Positions 1 to 8,944 of a DNA stretch of 64,000 nt are shown piece after piece (positions within the stretch are counted from its first letter, which is position 1; each line of letters begins with the position of its first letter). The DNA is taken from the NCBI GenBank assembly GCA_944366945.1, contig CALVWJ010000001.1, forward strand, positions 98,404 through 162,403. Reading direction: 5' to 3'. A model generated the notes under the pieces. The model had not been told where the DNA came from, did not search any database, and worked only from the letters and a program-made list of their open reading frames with translations. The stretch comes from an uncultured Clostridia bacterium. GTDB lineage: Bacteria > Bacillota > Clostridia > Christensenellales > CAG-138. Made by a program: the position numbers and the translations under genes.

Positions 1-807
1 ATGGCGAAGGCGCTTTCCACCTATACGGGGCACACCGTGTTTGGGTATGATACGGACGCTACCGTGCTGGGAAAAGCGCTTGCGGATGGAGCGATTTCCA
101 GCACGCTGGATGAAGCGCAATGCACTTTGTGCGACGTGATCTTGATTGCCCTCTATCCGGGCGCCGCAATCCGCGCGGCACAGGCCTGGGCAGATGCGAT
201 CCGAAAAGGCGCGCTTGTTGTGGATTGCTGCGGCACCAAAAGCGGCGTATGCGCGGCACTGGAACCGCTCGCGCTGGAAAAAGGGTTCTGCTTTATTGGC
301 GGGCACCCCATGGCTGGACGGGAAAAATTCGGATATGATGCTTCCAATGCGGGCCTGTTCCGCGGCGCCTCCATGATTTTGACCCCTTCCAAGGCTGTGC
401 CGGCTGCGGAACTTGAGCGCGCGGAAGCCCTGTTTTACGAGCTGGGGTTCGGGCGGATGTGCATCTGCACCCCTGCGGAGCACGACAGGATGATTGCCTA
501 TACATCGCAGCTTGCGCATGTGGTTTCAAGCGCGTATGTGCAAAGCCCAGCATCGCTTTCGCATGTGGGTTTCTCTGCCGGGAGCTTCCAGGATATGACG
601 CGTGTGGCACGGTTGTACGAACCCATGTGGACGGAGCTGTTCCTCAACAACGCGGAGCCGCTTGTGGCGGAGATTGACGGCCTTGTGGAGCGCTTGCAAG
701 CGTTTTCAAGCGCGATCCGCAACGGGGAACGGGAAAAGCTCTTTGAGATGCTGCGCAAGGGGCGTGAACGAAAAGAACTTTTGAATGAAAGGGAAAAGCA
801 GGCATGA
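1..807 (+). CDS. tyrA: prephenate dehydrogenase, 5' end cut by window edge
   Basis: The ORF is open from base 1. It carries the TyrA-like core (GGHPMAGRE motif and C-terminal helical domain) but lacks the N-terminal GxGxxG Rossmann start. Its stop overlaps the aroB start (ATGA at 804-807). Confidence 0.85.
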   Translation: MAKALSTYTGHTVFGYDTDATVLGKALADGAISSTLDEAQCTLCDVILIALYPGAAIRAAQAWADAIRKGALVVDCCGTKSGVCAALEPLALEKGFCFIGGHPMAGREKFGYDASNAGLFRGASMILTPSKAVPAAELERAEALFYELGFGRMCICTPAEHDRMIAYTSQLAHVVSSAYVQSPASLSHVGFSAGSFQDMTRVARLYEPMWTELFLNNAEPLVAEIDGLVERLQAFSSAIRNGEREKLFEMLRKGRERKELLNEREKQA

Positions 808-1856
808 AGGAAGTGCGGATCGAAACCGGCCAGCCCTATGTGGTCACGGTAGGAGAGCAGCTCAGCGCCATCGGAACGGGGCTGCGGGAGCGCCATGCGC
901 CATGCGCTGCCATGCTCGTTGCGGATGATACGGTGAACGCGCTTTACGGGGATGCAGCGGCGGCATCGCTTACAGAAGCGGGCTTTTCGGTTTCCCGTTT
1001 TGCTTTCCCTCACGGCGAAGGAAGCAAAAATCTGAGCACGCTTGCGGCGCTGCTTGATGCGCTTGCCGCAGCGCGGCTTACGCGCACGGATGTGATCGTT
1101 GCATTGGGCGGCGGCGTAACGGGCGATTTGGCCGGGTTTGCCGCAGCGGTCTACCTACGCGGTATCCCCTATGTGCAGGTGCCGACCACGCTGCTTGCCG
1201 CAGTGGATTCCTCCGTGGGCGGGAAGACAGGGGTGGATCTGCCTGCAGGGAAGAATCTCGTGGGCGCGTTTCATCAGCCCCTGTGGGTGCTTTGCGACCT
1301 CAGCCTTTTGCATACCCTTTCGGATGAAGCTTTTGCCGGCGGGCTTGCGGAGATGATCAAATATGGTGTCATTGCGGATGAAGCGCTCTTTGAAACGCTC
1401 GCAAGCGGCGAGCGTACGGCGCTGGAGAAATCAATTGCTCGCTGCGTGGAACTTAAGGGCGCTTTAGTTGCGCAGGATGAGCGGGATACTGGATGCCGGC
1501 AGCTTTTGAACCTTGGCCATACGCTGGGCCACGCGGTAGAACAGCGAAGCGGCTACAGCATTGCACATGGCCAGGCTGTGGCGATCGGGATGGCATACAT
1601 CGCACGCGCAGGCGAGCGGGCTGGGCTCTGTGCGCCGCGTACTGCGGAGCGCATAGGGCGGGCGCTCACCGCCAACGGCCTGCCTGTGGAATGCCCTTAC
1701 CCTGTTGCCGAGCTCGTCCCTTACCTGCTTGCGGATAAGAAGCGCAAAGGGGATGCGATTACGCTCGTGCTGCCGGAGCGCATCGGCGCATGCGTGCTGC
1801 ATGCTATGCCGGTCGATGCCTTGCCAGCCTTCTTGGCACAGGGGGAAGGACGATGA
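804..1856 (+). CDS. aroB: 3-dehydroquinate synthase
   Basis: 350 aa with GGGVTGDLAGFAAA and AVDSSVGGKTGV motifs typical of DHQ synthase. ATGA overlaps with both neighbouring genes. Confidence 0.92.
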   Translation: MKEVRIETGQPYVVTVGEQLSAIGTGLRERHAPCAAMLVADDTVNALYGDAAAASLTEAGFSVSRFAFPHGEGSKNLSTLAALLDALAAARLTRTDVIVALGGGVTGDLAGFAAAVYLRGIPYVQVPTTLLAAVDSSVGGKTGVDLPAGKNLVGAFHQPLWVLCDLSLLHTLSDEAFAGGLAEMIKYGVIADEALFETLASGERTALEKSIARCVELKGALVAQDERDTGCRQLLNLGHTLGHAVEQRSGYSIAHGQAVAIGMAYIARAGERAGLCAPRTAERIGRALTANGLPVECPYPVAELVPYLLADKKRKGDAITLVLPERIGACVLHAMPVDALPAFLAQGEGR

Positions 1857-3061
1857 ACGTACAGCTTTTCCCTGCACGGCTCGCAGGAACCGTTGCTGCC
1901 ATCCCATCCAAATCGGATGCGCATCGCGCATTGATCTGCGCTGCGCTTGCCGATCGGCCTACGCGGCTCATCCTGGACGGTGAGCTTTCGGAGGATATGT
2001 ACGCCACCGGGCGCTGCCTTGCTGCGCTTGGCGGAACCATTCGCACCGCATCTGGCGGTGTAGAGGTTTCCCCGATCCGGGAAGTGCCGAAAGCTCCGCT
2101 GCTCGACTGCGGCGAAAGCGGTTCAACGCTGCGTTTCATCCTGCCCGTTGCAGCATCCCTTTGCGATGGCTTTTCCATGATTGGCCGGGGACGTCTTCCG
2201 GAGCGCCCGCTTGGTGCGCTCTGCGCGGCAATGGAGGCGGGCGGCTGCACTTTTTCAGCACATGCGCTGCCGTTGTCGGTATCCGGGCGGCTTACTTCCG
2301 GGGAATACGCCCTGCCGGGCAACATCAGCTCCCAGTATATTTCCGGGTTTTTGCTGGCGTTCCCGATGCTGCCTCAAGAAAGCAGAATCCGCCTAACGGC
2401 CCCGCTTGAATCGAGCGGTTATGTTGCAATGACCCTAAGCGTTATGCGCCGCTTTGGCGCAGATGCCCAATGGTGCGCGGATGGGTTCCGCTGCTCCGGC
2501 GGAGGCTATGTTTCCCCGGGCGCGTTGGAGATCGAGGGAGATTGGTCCAATGCTGCGTTCTGGCTTGCAGCGCGTTCGTTGGGGCATGCGCTTACCGTAA
2601 CGGGCCTTTGCAATACTTCCTCCCAGCCGGACCGGCAGGTGGGTGCACTCGTTGACGCGCTGGGCGACGGTGCTGAGGTGGATGTTTCGGAATGCCCGGA
2701 TCTTTTGCCCATCTTGGCTGTGCGCGCGGCATATGCCGGCGGGGAAACGCATTTCCTGCATGCGGCGCGGCTGCGCTTGAAGGAGAGCGACCGGCTGCAT
2801 GCAGCGGCAGAGGGCCTTGCCCTCCTTGGCGCGGGCGTTTCGGAAATGCCGGATGCGCTTGTTGTGCGCGGCCACGGAGGCCTTCGCGGCGGATGCACGG
2901 TGTCAAGCTATGGGGATCACCGTATGGCAATGGCCTGGGCCATTGCCGCACTCGATGCGGATGAGCCGGTAACCATACTGGGAGCAGAAGCGGTGAACAA
3001 ATCCTATCCTGCATTTTGGCGGGAATATCAAAGGTTGGGAGGAAAGTGCAATGTCCTCTGA
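1853..3061 (+). CDS. aroA: 3-phosphoshikimate 1-carboxyvinyltransferase (EPSP synthase)
   Basis: I moved the start from the ORF-track 1790 to ATG 1853 (MNVQLFP...), which overlaps the aroB stop. Motifs: KSDAHRALI, LDCGESGSTLRF, LKESDRL. Confidence 0.9.
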   Translation: MNVQLFPARLAGTVAAIPSKSDAHRALICAALADRPTRLILDGELSEDMYATGRCLAALGGTIRTASGGVEVSPIREVPKAPLLDCGESGSTLRFILPVAASLCDGFSMIGRGRLPERPLGALCAAMEAGGCTFSAHALPLSVSGRLTSGEYALPGNISSQYISGFLLAFPMLPQESRIRLTAPLESSGYVAMTLSVMRRFGADAQWCADGFRCSGGGYVSPGALEIEGDWSNAAFWLAARSLGHALTVTGLCNTSSQPDRQVGALVDALGDGAEVDVSECPDLLPILAVRAAYAGGETHFLHAARLRLKESDRLHAAAEGLALLGAGVSEMPDALVVRGHGGLRGGCTVSSYGDHRMAMAWAIAALDADEPVTILGAEAVNKSYPAFWREYQRLGGKCNVL

Positions 3062-4145
3062 ATTCGGAAAGAATCTTCGCATTTCAATCTTCGGCGAATC
3101 CCATGGCGCTGCCATTGGCGTGGTGGTGGATGGGCTTCCCGTTGGGGAAACGGTAGACCTCGATGCGCTTGCGGCATTCCTTGCGCGGCGCGCGCCGGGC
3201 AGGAATGCCATGAGCACAGCACGGAAGGAAACGGATGCCGTGCGGGTGCTCTCCGGCTTGTATCAAGGCAAAACTTCAGGCGCACCGCTGTGCATGGTAA
3301 TAGAAAACAGAAACGCACATTCAAACGATTATGAAAGGCTTAGGCATATCCCGCGCCCTGCACATGCGGATTATTCGGCCTCCGTGCGGTATCACGGGTT
3401 TTCAGACCCCAACGGCGGCGGGCACTTTTCCGGGCGGCTTACTGCCCCTTTGTGCGCGGCCGGCGGCGTTTGCCTGCAGATTTTAAACAGGAAGGGAATT
3501 GCCATTGGCGGGCATCTTTCCCGCTGCGCCGGGGTGGATGATGCGCCCATAGATAGCCTGCGGCTCACAGCAGAGGAGCTTGCGGCCGTAGCACAACGGC
3601 CGATCCCGGTTTTGGATGAGAACGCAGGGATGCGGATGCAGGCGGCGGTGCAAGCAGCAAAAGAGCAAGGGGATTCCGTGGGCGGCGTGATTGAAGTTTT
3701 TGGCCTGGGGATTCCTGCAGGGCTTGGGAGCCCGATGTTTGGCGGCGTGGAAAACCGGCTTGCACAGGCTGTTTTTGGCATCCCGGCGATCCGCGGCGTG
3801 GAATTTGGCGCAGGTTTTGGCGCTGCGGATCTGCGTGGAAGCCAGAACAACGATGCATTTGTGCTGCAAGAAGGCATAGTGCGGACGAAGACCAACCGCC
3901 ATGGGGGCGTGCTTGGCGGCATCACGACGGGCATGCCGCTCGTGATGCGCGCAGCGGTCAAACCCACGCCATCCATTGCGCAGGAACAAAAAACGCTGGA
4001 TCGCCAAACCGGCGAGCAGACCGCACTTTGCATCGCAGGGCGGCACGATCCTTGTATTGCGCAGCGGGCAGTGCCCTGCGTGGAAGCTGCTGTTGCAGCG
4101 GTATTGCTGGATTTAATGCTTGATGGCGAATACGCCCGGCTTTGA
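3051..4145 (+). CDS. aroC: chorismate synthase
   Basis: 364 aa with the N-terminal FGESHG signature. Overlaps the aroA 3' end by 11 nt. Confidence 0.92.
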   Translation: MSSEFGKNLRISIFGESHGAAIGVVVDGLPVGETVDLDALAAFLARRAPGRNAMSTARKETDAVRVLSGLYQGKTSGAPLCMVIENRNAHSNDYERLRHIPRPAHADYSASVRYHGFSDPNGGGHFSGRLTAPLCAAGGVCLQILNRKGIAIGGHLSRCAGVDDAPIDSLRLTAEELAAVAQRPIPVLDENAGMRMQAAVQAAKEQGDSVGGVIEVFGLGIPAGLGSPMFGGVENRLAQAVFGIPAIRGVEFGAGFGAADLRGSQNNDAFVLQEGIVRTKTNRHGGVLGGITTGMPLVMRAAVKPTPSIAQEQKTLDRQTGEQTALCIAGRHDPCIAQRAVPCVEAAVAAVLLDLMLDGEYARL

Positions 4146-4182
4146 AATATGGAGTTTTTAGGATAGAAGGGAGAAGATACCA

Positions 4183-5325
4183 ATGGAATTGAAAGAACTG
4201 CGTGAAAAGTTTGATACGATTGACGACCAGATCGTCGATTTATTCGTGGAACGCATGAAAACCTCGGCGCAGATTGCAAAGCTCAAGCGTGAAAACGGCC
4301 TTGCAGTACGCAACACAAGCCGGGAGCGGGAGGTTCTCGAGCATGTGATGGAACGCGCCGGGGATGGGCTTGAAACATATGCGAAGTTCCTTTATCAAAC
4401 GATGTTTGAAGTGAGCCGCTCCTATCAGCACCGCCTTTTAGACGATACCGGCGAATTTGCGCGGCAGATCCGCGCGGCGGCAGAACGGACCCCTGCACTG
4501 TTCCCGCAGAAGGGCACCGTTGCCTGCCAGGGTGTGGAAGGCGCTTACTCCCAGCAGGCGTGTGACAGGCTGTTCGCCATGCCGCGTATCCTGTATTTTA
4601 GGCATTTTGACGGCGTGTTCCAGGCGGTGCAAAGCGGCATGTGCCAATATGGCGTGCTGCCCATTGAAAACAGTTCATATGGCTCTGTGGCGCAGGTGTA
4701 TGATTTGATGCGCAACCATAAATTCCACATTGTGCGTAGCATCAAGCTTTGCGTACGCCATGCGCTGCTTGCAAAGCATGGCGTAGCACTCGAGGATGTC
4801 AAGGAAATTTTCTCCCACGAGCAGGCGCTCGGCCAGTGCAGCGCATATTTGAAGGCGCACCCGGAAATCAAGGTCACCGTTTGCGAGAACACCGCGGCGG
4901 CAGCGCGCATGGTTGCAGAAAGCGGGCGCAGGGATATTGCCGCGATTTCTTCGGTACACTGCGCGGAGCTTTATGGCCTGCATGTATTGGAAAGCAAGGT
5001 GCAGAACAACGACAACAACTACACGCGTTTCATCTGCATCAGCAAGGATCTTGAAATTTATCCCGGCGCCAACAAGATCAGCCTCATGCTATCCACGCAG
5101 CACAGGCCAGGCGCGCTGTATTCCCTGCTTGCGAAGTTTGCAGCACTTGGAATCAATTTAACCAAACTTGAAAGCCGCCCCAGCCCTGGGAGTGATTTTG
5201 AGTTCATCTTCTATTTCGATATGGAAGCTTCCGTGATGTCGGACACGGTGCTGAGCATGCTCTCCGAACTGATGGTGGAGCCGGATGTTTTCGTGTTCCT
5301 CGGCAATTATTCGGAGGTCGTTTAA
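4183..5325 (+). CDS. pheA: bifunctional chorismate mutase / prephenate dehydratase with C-terminal ACT domain
   Basis: 380 aa. N-terminal AroQ-type helices (ELRExFDxIDxQIVDL), a PDT core, and an ACT region containing NLTKLESRPS. Confidence 0.9.
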   Translation: MELKELREKFDTIDDQIVDLFVERMKTSAQIAKLKRENGLAVRNTSREREVLEHVMERAGDGLETYAKFLYQTMFEVSRSYQHRLLDDTGEFARQIRAAAERTPALFPQKGTVACQGVEGAYSQQACDRLFAMPRILYFRHFDGVFQAVQSGMCQYGVLPIENSSYGSVAQVYDLMRNHKFHIVRSIKLCVRHALLAKHGVALEDVKEIFSHEQALGQCSAYLKAHPEIKVTVCENTAAAARMVAESGRRDIAAISSVHCAELYGLHVLESKVQNNDNNYTRFICISKDLEIYPGANKISLMLSTQHRPGALYSLLAKFAALGINLTKLESRPSPGSDFEFIFYFDMEASVMSDTVLSMLSELMVEPDVFVFLGNYSEVV

Positions 5326-5326
5326 A

Positions 5327-6613
5327 ATGGAAGCATATGGGTTGCTCGGCGAGCATCTGGGGCACACGCTCTCGCCGCTTGTGCATAAGCTCCTTTGGAA
5401 TTGCCCTTTTGGAGTGTTTGAAGTTCCGCCGCAGGAATTGGGCGACTTTCTTGCGCGGCGGGAATTCCGCGGGTTGATGGTAACCATCCCCTATAAAAAA
5501 GCGGTGATCCCATTTTGTGATTCGCTGGATCCTATTGCAGAGCGCCTTGGAAGCGTAAACATGATCCAGGTAGAACCGGATGGAACGCTCAAAGGATATA
5601 ACACGGATTATTATGGCTTCTCGTATATGGTCAAGCGCGCGGGCATCAACTTGCAGGGCGCAAAGGTGCTTATCCTTGGAACGGGCGGCGCTGCGGCTGC
5701 GGTAACGGCCGTTGCGGAGGATATGAACGCGCGGGAAATCGTACATGTTTCGCGCCGCGGGCCCGTGGATTATACGAGTGTATCCGCACTGCATAGCGAT
5801 GCGGAGGTTATCATCAATGCAACGCCGGTGGGAATGTATCCCAACAACGATGCATGCCCAATTCGCCTCACGGGGTTTCGCCGGTGCCGGGGCGTGCTTG
5901 ATGTGATTTATAACCCGCTGCGCACGATGCTCCTGCTGGAAGCGGAACACCGCGGCATTCCCTGCGAGGGTGGCCTTACGATGCTGGTGGCGCAGGCAAA
6001 ACGCGCTGCGGAGCTGTTTACGGGAAAGGAACTCCCGGATGCGCGCATTGGGGAAGTATGCTCGAACATCATGGAGGCCGTCTGCAACATCGTGCTTATC
6101 GGCATGCCGGGCAGCGGGAAGAGCTACCTGGGAGGGTTAATTGCAAAGGCGTTTGGTCGGGAACTCATCAATATGGATACCTATATTGAAGACGTGCAGG
6201 GCAAAAGCATTCCGGATATTTTCGCACAGCAGGGGGAAGCGGCCTTCCGAGATATGGAAGTGGAGGCTTCACGCGTGCTTGGCCGGAAAAACGGGCTCGT
6301 GATCTCTGCCGGTGGGGGCACAGTGGTGCGCAAGGAAAGTATGGATGCACTGCGGCAGAACGGCTGCGTGTTTTTTGTAGACCGTCCGCTCAGCGAGCTT
6401 GCAACCGAAGGCCGCCCGCTTTCCCAGGGTGGGATGAGTGCCCTACAAAAGCTGTATGATGCGCGTATCGGCCTTTACACTGGCTATGCGGACGTGAGCA
6501 TCCTCAATACTACAGGCATGAGCGTGGAGCACATCGCAGAAACGGTGCTGCGGGAATACGAAAAAGTTTGCAGGCTCGCATCGCTGCCGCTATGGGAACA
6601 GAAACAGATTTGA
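5327..6613 (+). CDS. aroE/aroK: fused shikimate dehydrogenase (N-terminal) / shikimate kinase (C-terminal)
   Basis: Start set at ATG 5327 (MEAYGLLG...), 2 nt after the pheA stop. The N-terminal half has NTDYYGF and GTGGAA (AroE). The C-terminal ~165 aa has the P-loop GMPGSGKS and AGGGTV (AroK). Confidence 0.85.
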   Translation: MEAYGLLGEHLGHTLSPLVHKLLWNCPFGVFEVPPQELGDFLARREFRGLMVTIPYKKAVIPFCDSLDPIAERLGSVNMIQVEPDGTLKGYNTDYYGFSYMVKRAGINLQGAKVLILGTGGAAAAVTAVAEDMNAREIVHVSRRGPVDYTSVSALHSDAEVIINATPVGMYPNNDACPIRLTGFRRCRGVLDVIYNPLRTMLLLEAEHRGIPCEGGLTMLVAQAKRAAELFTGKELPDARIGEVCSNIMEAVCNIVLIGMPGSGKSYLGGLIAKAFGRELINMDTYIEDVQGKSIPDIFAQQGEAAFRDMEVEASRVLGRKNGLVISAGGGTVVRKESMDALRQNGCVFFVDRPLSELATEGRPLSQGGMSALQKLYDARIGLYTGYADVSILNTTGMSVEHIAETVLREYEKVCRLASLPLWEQKQI

Positions 6614-6629
6614 CAGAGCCGTGCGTTCC

Positions 6630-6659
6630 TTGACAGCAAAAAACGGCGCATGGTACAAT
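6630..6659 (+). promoter_or_regulatory. sigma-A type promoter
   Basis: TTGACA (6630-6635), an 18-nt spacer, then TACAAT (6654-6659) preceded by TGg (extended -10). Confidence 0.5.
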
Positions 6660-6866
6660 GCAGGCGTGCAAACTCCCGCTTCAGAGTGCTGAAACAGCGA
6701 TATGCCGTTCTGCATGGCCCCCCTGTGCTTTTAACGTAGTTTGGGGCTATACAGGAAGCCCTTGCAGCGCAAAGCTTTTCGGATTGGCCGTGCATACCGC
6801 CAAATCCATTGCAAGTCTTCGAAACCTGCATTCCTTGAATGCTCCTAAGGGCCTTTCAATGCGCTG
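6660..6866 (+). promoter_or_regulatory. structured 5' leader upstream of punA (candidate riboswitch or attenuator, class unassigned)
   Basis: About 200 nt with no credible ORF. Nested helices: 6714-6721 with 6743-6750; 6754-6763 with 6847-6857, enclosing hairpins at 6781-6807 and 6828-6842. A terminator follows directly. Confidence 0.4.
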
Positions 6867-6897
6867 AGGCGGGCAAGTGCCCGCCTTTTCCTTTTTA
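6867..6897 (+). terminator. intrinsic terminator inside the punA leader
   Basis: AGGCGGGC-aagt-GCCCGCCT followed by TTTCCTTTTTAT. Ends 33 nt before the punA ATG. Confidence 0.6.
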
Positions 6898-6930
6898 TCG
6901 AAATAAGCTTAGAAGAAAAAGAAGGATAGT

Positions 6931-7764
6931 ATGCAATACGATTTTTCCCATTATCAAGCTGCAGCGGAATACATCCGCGCCCATGCGCCGTTTGTGCCGG
7001 ACCTCGCCATTGTGCTGGGTTCCTGCCTCGGCCCGTTTGCGGAGACGCTGGAAAACCCAGTCGCGATCGACTATGCGGATATCCCCAATTTCCTTTTGAC
7101 TACAGTGGAATCCCACGCGGGGAAGCTCGTGTTTGGCACGGTGCAGGGGAAACGGGTGGTCTGCATGTCCGGCCGGTTCCATTTTTATGAAGGGTATGCA
7201 TATGAGCAGCTTGTTCTGCCGGTGCGCGTGCTCAAACTCCTTGGCGTGCGCGCGCTCATCCTCACCAATGCGGCGGGCGCTGTAAACGAGCAGTACCGCC
7301 CTGGCGACGTGATGATCCTCTCCGATCATATCAAGCTCACGGGCGCAAGCCCGCTGCGCGGGCCAAACCTGGATGCATTTGGGCCGCGCTTTTTCGATAT
7401 GACCCAGGCTTATACGCCGGCGCTGCGCGCGGTTGCAAGGGAATGCGCAAAGCGCAGTAGCCTTACCGTGCACGAGGGTGTATACATGTTCTTTACCGGC
7501 CCGCAGTTTGAAACCCCGGCCGAGATCCGGGCTGCGCGCGTACTTGGCGCGGATGCGGTGGGCATGTCCACCGTAACCGAAACGCTCACGGCGGCGCATT
7601 GCGGGCTGCCGGTGCTGGCCCTTTCCGTGATGACCAACATGGCGGCGGGCGTGTTGGAACAGCCGCTTTCAGAGCAGGAAGTGGAGGAGACGGCGACGCG
7701 CATTGCCGCACCGTTTTCTGCCTATGTGAAGGACATTATCGCGCATATCTCCCTTGGCAAATAA
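6931..7764 (+). CDS. punA: purine nucleoside phosphorylase (trimeric PNP-I / PunA type)
   Basis: 277 aa with GRFHFYEGY, LTNAAGA and GMSTVTE motifs. Confidence 0.85.
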   Translation: MQYDFSHYQAAAEYIRAHAPFVPDLAIVLGSCLGPFAETLENPVAIDYADIPNFLLTTVESHAGKLVFGTVQGKRVVCMSGRFHFYEGYAYEQLVLPVRVLKLLGVRALILTNAAGAVNEQYRPGDVMILSDHIKLTGASPLRGPNLDAFGPRFFDMTQAYTPALRAVARECAKRSSLTVHEGVYMFFTGPQFETPAEIRAARVLGADAVGMSTVTETLTAAHCGLPVLALSVMTNMAAGVLEQPLSEQEVEETATRIAAPFSAYVKDIIAHISLGK

Positions 7765-7824
7765 AAACGCCACGCAAAAGGCGTGATGGGGCATTTTGTA
7801 GAAACGGAATTCGAGGAGGAAGCC

Positions 7825-8889
7825 ATGGAACGACAGGATCGCGGCCTTGCGTTTATGCTGCAATATGAGAACATCGCCTGGTATGAAAACGGGGCGGTGC
7901 GCATTTTAGACCGGCGCGTTTATCCGGGCCGGGTGGAATTTGTAACATGCCGCCGCCATGAGGAAGTCGCGCAGGCGATCACGGACATGGTGACCCAAAG
8001 CGCAGGCCCTTATACGGCAGCAGCCATGGGGATGGCTCTTGCGGCGCATGAATGCCGTGCAATGCGGGCGGAAGAACAGCTTGCGTATCTGGCACAGGCG
8101 GCGGAAACCATCTCCAACGCGCGGCCTACGACCGCTGCGCGCATGCGCCTTGTAACGGGGAGCTCCCTTGCCGCTGCAAAGGAGGCGCTTGCAGCTGGAC
8201 GGGATGCAAGCGCTGCCGTGGTGGAAGCTGCCGTTGCCGCCAACGATGTGCGCTATGCCAAGGTGGGCCGCATGGCGGAATACCTTGTGGATATGATTCC
8301 CTCAAACGGTACAGTCATGACGCAGTGCTTTGGGGAAACCATTGTAGGGAAAATGCTTGCCGCCGCAACGGCGCGCGGGAAGTCCTTCCGGCTGTTTTGC
8401 CCGGAAACGCGGCCGTATTTCCAGGGCGCACGGCTCACGGCGACCGTTGCGCATGAAATGGGGTTTGATGTAACGGTAATTACGGATAATATGCCGGCCT
8501 ATGTGATGCAGCAGGAGCATGTGGATGTGTTTACAAGCGCGGCGGATGCAATCTGCGTGGATGGGCATGTTGTGAACAAGGTGGGCACCTTTCAGATCGC
8601 AATCGCGGCAAAATATATGGGGATCCCATATTTTGTTACGGGCGCACCGGATTATGGCCATCCCACTGTGGACACCGTGCGCATCGAGCTGCGCGATCCG
8701 GAATTCGTGCTGCAGGCCATGGGCGTAAGAACAGCCTGCGCGGGGGTGAAGGGATACTATCCAGCCTTTGATATTACGCCGCCTGCGCTGGTAAGCGGTG
8801 TTGTAACCGATACGGGGATCTATGCTCCCTACGACCTCGCCCGCTACTTCGCCGGCGGAAACCCGGGGGAATACGGCATGGTGGTTTAA
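7825..8889 (+). CDS. MtnA / eIF-2B-related sugar-phosphate isomerase family protein (divergent)
   Basis: Start set at ATG 7825, behind GAGGAGG. Family fold is recognisable (PETRPYFQGARLTA, NKVGT, PAFDITP). Canonical MtnA motifs are altered: TQCFGE in place of THCNAG, and SAADAI in place of GADRIA. Confidence 0.7.
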   Translation: MERQDRGLAFMLQYENIAWYENGAVRILDRRVYPGRVEFVTCRRHEEVAQAITDMVTQSAGPYTAAAMGMALAAHECRAMRAEEQLAYLAQAAETISNARPTTAARMRLVTGSSLAAAKEALAAGRDASAAVVEAAVAANDVRYAKVGRMAEYLVDMIPSNGTVMTQCFGETIVGKMLAAATARGKSFRLFCPETRPYFQGARLTATVAHEMGFDVTVITDNMPAYVMQQEHVDVFTSAADAICVDGHVVNKVGTFQIAIAAKYMGIPYFVTGAPDYGHPTVDTVRIELRDPEFVLQAMGVRTACAGVKGYYPAFDITPPALVSGVVTDTGIYAPYDLARYFAGGNPGEYGMVV

Positions 8890-8944
8890 TGCGGGCGCAA
8901 ACCCTGCAAATATGAGGAAAACGCGCATAGCAAGGAGGAGAAGC

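Noticed and set aside
6630-6930. Tried to assign the punA leader to purine, SAM-I, T-box, ZTP or ykkC classes.
   Set aside because: The diagnostic sequences are absent: UAUAAU...GUUUCUACC...CCGUAAA, GGAGGGA...GCAACC, GGUGGUACCGCG, CCGCCUGGGCA and GGUCCGAGAG. It is reported as unclassified.
7783-7824. ORF-track start (GTG/ATG at 7783-7788) for the MtnA-like gene.
   Set aside because: It has no RBS. ATG 7825 is preceded by GAGGAGG at ideal spacing, and the extra 14 residues are not part of the family N-terminus.
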